Assembly: GCF_006345805.1 (NCBI RefSeq)
Contig: NW_021826196.1
Span: forward strand, 1 to 13,208
Origin: Octopus sinensis
Taxonomy: Eukaryota
Reading direction: 5' to 3'
Length of the DNA: 13,208 nucleotides
Shown one piece after another: positions 7,985 to 13,208 of this stretch. The notes beneath the pieces were generated by a model. The model ran no database searches and was not told the DNA's origin. It saw nothing but the letters and a program-made list of their open reading frames with translations. The first letter of the stretch is position 1. The number at the start of each line of letters is the position of its first letter. A program made the translations under genes and the position numbers.

Positions 7985-8346
7985 TAGTAGTAGTAGTAGT
8001 AGTAGCAGTGGTAATGGTAGCGGTGGTGGCGGTAGTGGTAGTAGTAGTTTTAATAGTAGTAGTAGTAGGAGTGGTGGTGGTAGTGGTAGTAGTAGCTTTA
8101 ATAGTAATAGTAGTAGAGTTGTAGTAGGAGGAGGAGGAGGAGTGGTGGTGGCGGTAGTGGTAGTAGTAGTGGTAGTAGTAGCTTTAATAGTAATAGTAGT
8201 AGTAGCAGTAGTAGTAGTAGTAGTAGTAGTAGCAGTAGTGGTAGTAGTAGTAGTAGTAGTAGTTGTTGTAGTGGTAGTAGTAGTAGTAGTAGTAGCAGCA
8301 GCAACTTCAGTAGTTGTAGTAGTCGTAGTAGTAGTGGGGGTAGTGA

Positions 8347-8390
<44 letters not shown>

Positions 8391-8436
8391 GTAGTGGTGG
8401 TGGTTGTGGTGGTGGTGGTAGTAGTGGTAGTAGTAC

Positions 8437-8477
<41 letters not shown>

Positions 8478-8636
8478 TGGTGGTGGTAGTAGTGGTAGTA
8501 GTAGTAGTAGAAGCTTCAATAGTAGTATAATAGTAGCTGTACTGGTAGTAGTTTTAGTAGTAGGAGGTGCTTCAATAGTAATAGTAGTAGCTTCAGTATT
8601 ATTATTATTATTAGTAGTAGTAGTAGTAGTAGTAGC
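7985..8636. repeat. (GTA)n with (GTG)/(GCA) interruptions
   Basis: Direct reading. This explains the poly-Ser, poly-Val, poly-Leu and poly-Tyr ORFs. Confidence 0.95.
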
Positions 8637-8934
8637 GTTGATTGGTGTTATGATATAATGTAATAGCATTGATGATGCTCTAGGGAGAGAGAGAGAGAGA
8701 CCAACTGGCCGAAATGGCCGAAGTATCGGTGGCGGTGGTGGTGGTGGTGGTGGTAGAGGGGGATATGTGAGGATGGGAAGGGAGGGTCGGAGGGACGGAC
8801 AGACGGACGAACGAACCGAGTGGTGGTCAAACCTTGTTTGTTGGTCATTAGTGGAGAATGTTTGGTCGAATTGGTAGTGAAGGATGGGTTGTGGGGAGAG
8901 GTGTGGTTTCTAGTGGTAGTATGGTGTCCCTTCA

Positions 8935-9045
8935 TTTCTTTTCTCCTTTCTCTCTCTCTCTCTCTTTTCTCTCCTCTCCTCTCTCTCTCTTTTCCTCATC
9001 TCTCTCGCTCTCTCTCCTCCCCACTCTCCTCTCTCTCTTTCTCTC

Positions 9046-9125
<80 letters not shown>
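8935..9125. repeat. (CT)n polypyrimidine tract
   Basis: About 190 nt of almost only C and T. Confidence 0.95.
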
Positions 9126-9134
9126 ACGTATAGA

Positions 9135-9470
9135 TATCATCATCACCATCAACATCACCACCGTCACCACCACCGCCACCGTCGTCATCATCGGCACCAC
9201 CCTAACCCCCACCGTCAACCCCACCAACACAACCACCACCACCACCACCGCCACAACCAACAACACCATTACCATCAAATCACCACCACCACCGCAACCA
9301 CTACCCACCCCCTTCTCGCACCACAACCACTGCACACCTTTCTCACAGTCACAACCATCACCACAACCGGTGCTATAACCCCCGCCACCACCACCACCAC
9401 TACCACAATTGCCACTCACTCACCGCAACGCCCACCACAACCTTCACCACCATCGCTTCGAAATCCCATT
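9135..9470. repeat. (CAC)/(CAT)/(CAA) low-complexity tract
   Basis: Direct reading. Confidence 0.88.
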
Positions 9471-9477
9471 CCGCATC

Positions 9478-9483
9478 AGCAGT

Positions 9484-9579
<96 letters not shown>

Positions 9580-9601
9580 AGTAGCAGCAGCAGCAGTAAC
9601 T

Positions 9602-9635
<34 letters not shown>

Positions 9636-9790
9636 CAGCAGCAGCAAAAGTAGTAGTTGTAGTAGTAGTAGTTGTAGTAGTAGTAGTAGTTGTAGCAGCA
9701 GTAACTGTAGTAGTAGTAGGAGGACTGGTGGTGGTGGTGGTGGTGGTGAGTGTGGGTGTGGTAGTAGTGACAGTTGTGCTTGTGGCAGTG
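9478..9790. repeat. (AGT)n/(AGC)n/(GGT)n trinucleotide tract
   Basis: Direct reading. Confidence 0.95.
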
Positions 9791-9812
9791 GTCGTGTGTG
9801 TAAGTCTTGTGA

Positions 9813-10524
9813 CTGTTCGCAACAGGAAAGGGCAACACACGACGCTGCATCGATGTGACCTAGCTGGCTATGTCTTCCACGTCTGTTCTCTGTTCTGCGT
9901 TGCCGGGTTACCATTGCCTTCACCGGGTGCCATAGTATTAGTGCCTTCAAAGGGAAGGGGAAAATGAAGGGACTGAAAGTAGATGAAACAGATGAATCAT
10001 TCCGGAAAGTGTTCTCCAAGTTAGGGGAGTCTTGGGAAGTCGACAAGGAAGTGATGAATGAATTGGAGAGGTTTCCGTGTGGGATGTATGGTAACCAAAG
10101 GACAAAAAAGGCAAATACATTACAGTTCACAACCTTGTGAGCAAAGTGCGGTGGGAAGGATGATTTCACAAAATCTAAGTAATTCGATCGCGCTTCGTTT
10201 CCCCCATGTAGAAACGGCCTTGGGCGCCATGTTTGGCAAAGAAACTTCCAGACCAGGATATGGAAGCTCGCGAAAATTGCAAAGCCTTTAGTGCCTAGAC
10301 TAGACGTAGGGCAAGGATGGATAATGGAAGCTGGAATCGTGAAGCCAAACTGGACAGAGGGTGAAGTGATGCCCCGTCAGTTGGTGAATATTCTGGAAGA
10401 ACTTGAAGATGAAAGTTGCGCATCAGATTCTGACCCTGATAGTGAGAGTGAACTTAGTGAAAGAGGTTTCCTTGAGAGAGTAGGATCGGACAGTGATACT
10501 GAAAGTGATGGTGATGATTATTAA
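9813..10524 (+). pseudogene. Disabled C-terminal part of an XPG/FEN1 (H3TH)-like transposon protein, probably AcademX-type
   Basis: Manual translation: LFATGKGNTRRCIDVT*LAMSSTSVLCSALPGYH (9813-9914), then a +1 shift at 9915, then AFTGCHSISAFKGKGKMKGLK...FSKLGESWEVDKEVMNELERFPCGMYG...TL*AKCGG...SK*FDRASFPPCRNGLGRHVWQRNFQTRIWK...GQGW...PNWTEGEVMPRQLVNILEE plus an acidic tail. It matches the recalled family motifs ALPGxHAFTGCDxxSAFxGKGK and LPPCxxxLxxHxxRxNYQxxIW. Stops at 9861, 10138 and 10180. Confidence 0.8.
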
Positions 10525-10584
10525 TCGGACACTTGAAATGATTCAAAAATGTAATAGATGGTTCACAAATAATGAGATATTATA

Positions 10585-10747
10585 GGCGCAGGAGTGGCTG
10601 CGTGGTAAGTAGCTTGCTTACCAACCACATGATTCCGGGTTCAGTCCCACTGCGTGGCACCTTAGGCAAGTGTCTTCTACTATAGTCTCGGGCCTACCAA
10701 AGCCTTGTGAGTGGATTTGGTAGGCGGAAACTGAAAGAAGCCCGTCG
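10585..10747 (+). mobile_element. SINE family A, copy 1 of tandem trimer
   Basis: A-box-like TGGCTGCGTGG, B-box-like GGTTCAGTCCC and CORE-like ACCTTAGGCAAGTG; ends at (TA)n. Confidence 0.92.
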
Positions 10748-10777
10748 TATATATATATATATATATGAATATATATA

Positions 10778-10940
10778 GGCGCAGGAGTAGCTGCGTGGTA
10801 AGTAGCTTGTTTACCAACCACATGGTTCTGGGTTCAGTCCCACTGCGTGGCACCTTGGGCGAGTGTCTTCTGCTATAGCCTCGGGCCGACCAAAGTCTTG
10901 TGAGTGGATTTCGTTGACGGAAACTGAAAGAATCCCGTCA
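10778..10940 (+). mobile_element. SINE family A, copy 2 of tandem trimer
   Basis: 163 nt, collinear with copy 1. Confidence 0.92.
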
Positions 10941-10966
10941 TATATATATATATATGAATATGTATA

Positions 10967-11130
10967 GGCGCAGGAGTGGCTGCGTGGTAAGTAGCTTGTT
11001 TACCAACCACATGGTTCCGGGTTCAGTCCCACTGCGTGGCACCTTGGGCAAGTGTCTTCTGCTATAGCCCCGGGCCGACCAATGCCTTGTGAGTGGATTT
11101 GGTAGACGGAAACTGAAAAGAAGCCCGTCG
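10967..11130 (+). mobile_element. SINE family A, copy 3 of tandem trimer
   Basis: 164 nt, collinear with copies 1 and 2. Confidence 0.92.
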
Positions 11131-11373
11131 TATATATGTATATAGATATATATGTATATGTGGGTGGGAGGAAGTCTAATGCATTACAAAGTTAATGAAA
11201 CTTAGAACAGATATAACTGTCGTTAAAATAGGATACAACCAGGTAAGAATTAGGATGAATGCTTGCTGGAAATGTGTTAATTCAAATGTTAATGATCCGA
11301 AGGATGCTTAGCTGAGATTTCTATCTCAACTTTCAAGCAAACTCGTCCATCCATTGTTTTTATTCTGTGTATA

Positions 11374-12050
11374 CCGTAAATCCTCGAGTATAGTCCACCC
11401 TTGAGTATATTACGCAGGGGATTTTTAGGGGGCAGTGCCTCTGAAAAACTTAAACCTTATGTATAATACGCACTCCTTCTCTAACTTGAGTCAAGGAGGT
11501 CTATATAACGTCCTTGGTTTGTAAAAATGTATACGGTAACGTCCTTTATTATTATCTATAGTCCGCCCTTGAGTATAATACGCAGGGGATTTTTTGGGGG
11601 CTGTACCTCTGAAAAACTTAAACCTTGATATAATACGCACCCCTTCTCTAACTTGAGTCAAGGAGGTCTATATACGTCCTTGTTTGTAAAAATGTATACG
11701 GTAACGTCCTTTATTATTATTGTATATATAACATAATGCAAACGTGTAGCTTTTTTTGTGCATTTTGTTTGCAGAAAGAAAGAAATAACAGTAAAAACGT
11801 TTAATAAATGTTGCTTACTGCAAGTTATGGATGATTCTTTTATGACTTCATTGCTTTCAGGCTTAGCTTAAGGTATTTTCGCGCCCGACATCACAAAATG
11901 CGTCTGAATAAACATTGCCGGACAGCAAATAGAAACTTGGACATTGCTTAGAAAATAATTTTCATTTTAAATCTCGTGTATAATACGCACTAGGGATTTT
12001 GACCGTTAAATTTTTGGGGGAAAATGCGGATTATACTCGAGAATTTACAG
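11374..12050. mobile_element. Non-autonomous Tc1/mariner-superfamily (pogo/Tigger-like) MITE with 23-bp TIRs and TA target duplication
   Basis: Left end TA|CCGTAAATCCTCGAGTATAGTCC (11374-11396). The right end reverse complement is CTGTAAATTCTCGAGTATAATCC (12028-12050), followed by TA; 20/23 match. No ORF. Internal tandem duplication 11389-11556/11557-11720. Confidence 0.88.
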
Positions 12051-12273
12051 TATATACCTACCAGGAAGGGAGGTAACTGCCACAACACTTGAAATGGATC
12101 TTGTTTAAACTTGAGAGATAGAAAGTATTGTACGAACCAACATTTGTTTCAATATCAAAGTTATATGGTACATTTCATAACGACCATGTATAACAAACTG
12201 CTATGCTGTTTACTCTTGACTTCAACAACCTCTTTGGTGAAAATATTTGCATAATTCGATTTCTCATTTTATA

Positions 12274-12808
12274 TTGGGTTGTCCGGAAAGTTCGTGCCGA
12301 TTTTTAAAGGAAAGAAAAAGGTCAATAAATACTTGCCATTACATTTTTAATCAACCAAATATGAACCATTTTGTTGCACAATGCGTCTCCATCTTTCCTT
12401 TAACTTGAAAATACCATCTTCCCAGAATTGAGGTGGTTTCATGGCAAAGAATTCATCAAGGTATCTTTTTACGTCAGCCAAGCAATTGAAATTTTTACCA
12501 TTAAGACTATTCTACAGAGACCTGAATAAGTGGAACTCCGAAGGAGCAATATCTGGTGAATATTGAGGGTGGGGGTAATACATCCCAGCCGAGCTGCAGC
12601 AATTTTTGTCTGGTTCCCAAAGCATCAAGTACCGAAAATGAACTTTCTTATCTTCCATTTTAAAGGGTTACAGAATTAACACAGGTTATAGGAACTACAT
12701 CTTCCACGGAAAGATAGCTTAAAATGCTATGGCCGGATAACTGAAGAGACGGCGGCGTGGATTTCCACCTTGGCATCGGAAACTCGGAGATTTATCATGG
12801 CTACCGAA
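12274..12808 (-). mobile_element. Internally deleted mariner element (mellifera-subfamily-like)
   Basis: TA|TTGGGTTGTCCGGAAAGTTCGTGCCGATTTT at 12272-12304 is a mariner-type TIR, and transposase remnants lie inside. The opposite TIR at about 12778-12808 is only weakly similar, so that boundary is tentative. Confidence 0.82.
12347..12658 (-). pseudogene. Mariner (DD34D) transposase remnant: N-terminal 15 codons fused to the C-terminal ~90 codons
   Basis: MEDKKVHFRYLMLWE (ATG at 12658) joins (S)LGTRQKLLQLGWDVLP/HPQYSPDIAPSEFHLFRSL*NSLNGKNFNCLADVKRYLDEFFAMKPPQFWEDGIFKLKERWRRIVQQNGSYLVD*. This includes the mariner YSPDLAPSD-type motif. Frameshift in the G run 12571-12575; stop at 12512-12514. Confidence 0.88.
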
Positions 12809-12848
12809 TAATTGTCATATATCACATTTACAGATATATATATATACA

Positions 12849-13208
12849 CAGGGTGCTTCAAAAAATTTGATATCATTTGAGATGTAAATATCACAGAAAC
12901 TACATAGCCAAAACAAATGAAACTAAACAGGTTTAATGCTGAGCAACATAAGATTCATTCCTCCAAATTTGAAGGAGAAATTCAAAGGAATGTGGATTCC
13001 ATGAACAATTTCACAAATATTCAATATGCACACCACCTGAGACACGGCACACGTCAAGTCGGGAATCCAGCTCCTCTAAAACATGCTCCAGCATGCCTTG
13101 GTTATCAGTCTCCAGTGTGGTAGTGATTCTCTGCTCAAGTTCCTCAAGGTTTGCAGGTAGAGGGGGGACATAGACCATGCCCTTCACACAGCCCCAGAGG
13201 AAAAAATC
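12849..13208 (-). mobile_element. 3' end of a second Tc1/mariner element (DFFLWG-type, rosa/DD41D-like), truncated by the window edge
   Basis: The terminus CAGGGTG at 12849 lies beside a (TA)n run, with a transposase C-terminus reading toward it. Confidence 0.75.
13011..13208 (-). CDS. Transposase C-terminal fragment (partial, open to the window edge)
   Basis: DFFLWGCVKGMVYVPPLPANLEELEQRITTTLETDNQGMLEHVLEELDSRLDVCRVSGGVHIEYL*, 65 codons without a stop. It matches the PDLTPLDFFLWG...G.H.E.L* C-terminus of this family. Several residues look diverged, so it may be a pseudogene. Confidence 0.7.
   Translation of the reverse strand, partial: DFFLWGCVKGMVYVPPLPANLEELEQRITTTLETDNQGMLEHVLEELDSRLDVCRVSGGVHIEYL

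Noticed and set aside
43-9858. Long low-complexity ORFs in the track (poly-I, G/V/W, P/H/T, YI, TH, poly-S/V/L/Y), including 478..1284, 8820..9485 and 9409..9858
   Set aside because: They are translations of di- and trinucleotide repeats that lack stops in some frames; several overlap on both strands, and none has a recognisable domain.
9444-10169. 241-aa minus-strand ORF
   Set aside because: It is the antisense shadow of the plus-strand transposon relic plus a (CTA/CTG)n tract.
10058-10291. 77-aa plus-strand ORF
   Set aside because: It is an alternative frame over the pseudogene; the family motifs are in the frame of 9916-10524.
10585-11130. tRNA genes or a CRISPR-like array
   Set aside because: The heads have A/B-box-like motifs but I could not fold a cloverleaf, and they continue into a SINE body. 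The units are about 190 nt with microsatellite spacers, unlike CRISPR, in a eukaryotic context. The same applies to 5851-6733.
11240-11248. Consensus donor CAG|GTAAGA
   Set aside because: No matching acceptor or open coding frame that I can support upstream.
12244-12252. Octamer motif ATTTGCAT
   Set aside because: A single 8-mer in AT-rich DNA with no associated snRNA gene or promoter context.

Overview
Repeat-dense eukaryotic non-coding DNA (intergenic or intronic) with no intact host gene that I can support. The SINE families resemble tRNA-derived SINEs I associate with octopus genomes; this is recognition from memory, not a database search. A large share of the window is micro- or minisatellite, and nearly all ORFs in the supplied track are simple-repeat artefacts. 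Protein-coding signal comes only from transposon relics that the track misses or splits. (1) 9813-10524 (+): a disabled XPG/FEN1-H3TH-like gene of the kind carried by AcademX DNA transposons. (2) 12274-12808 (-): a mariner whose transposase N- and C-termini are fused by an internal deletion at a 9-nt microhomology. (3) 12849-13208 (-): the 3' end of a second Tc1/mariner of DFFLWG (rosa/DD41D-like) type. Also present are dispersed, inverted and tandemly multimerised SINEs (a 5-unit Deu/Nin-type array and a 3-unit CORE-like array), a TA-flanked MITE with an internal 168-bp duplication, a 269-bp near-perfect foldback, a degenerate hammerhead-like motif in a probable Penelope-like terminal repeat, and a possible Helitron-like end. 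I did not find a convincing new functional system; the leads concern transposon and RNA-structure biology.
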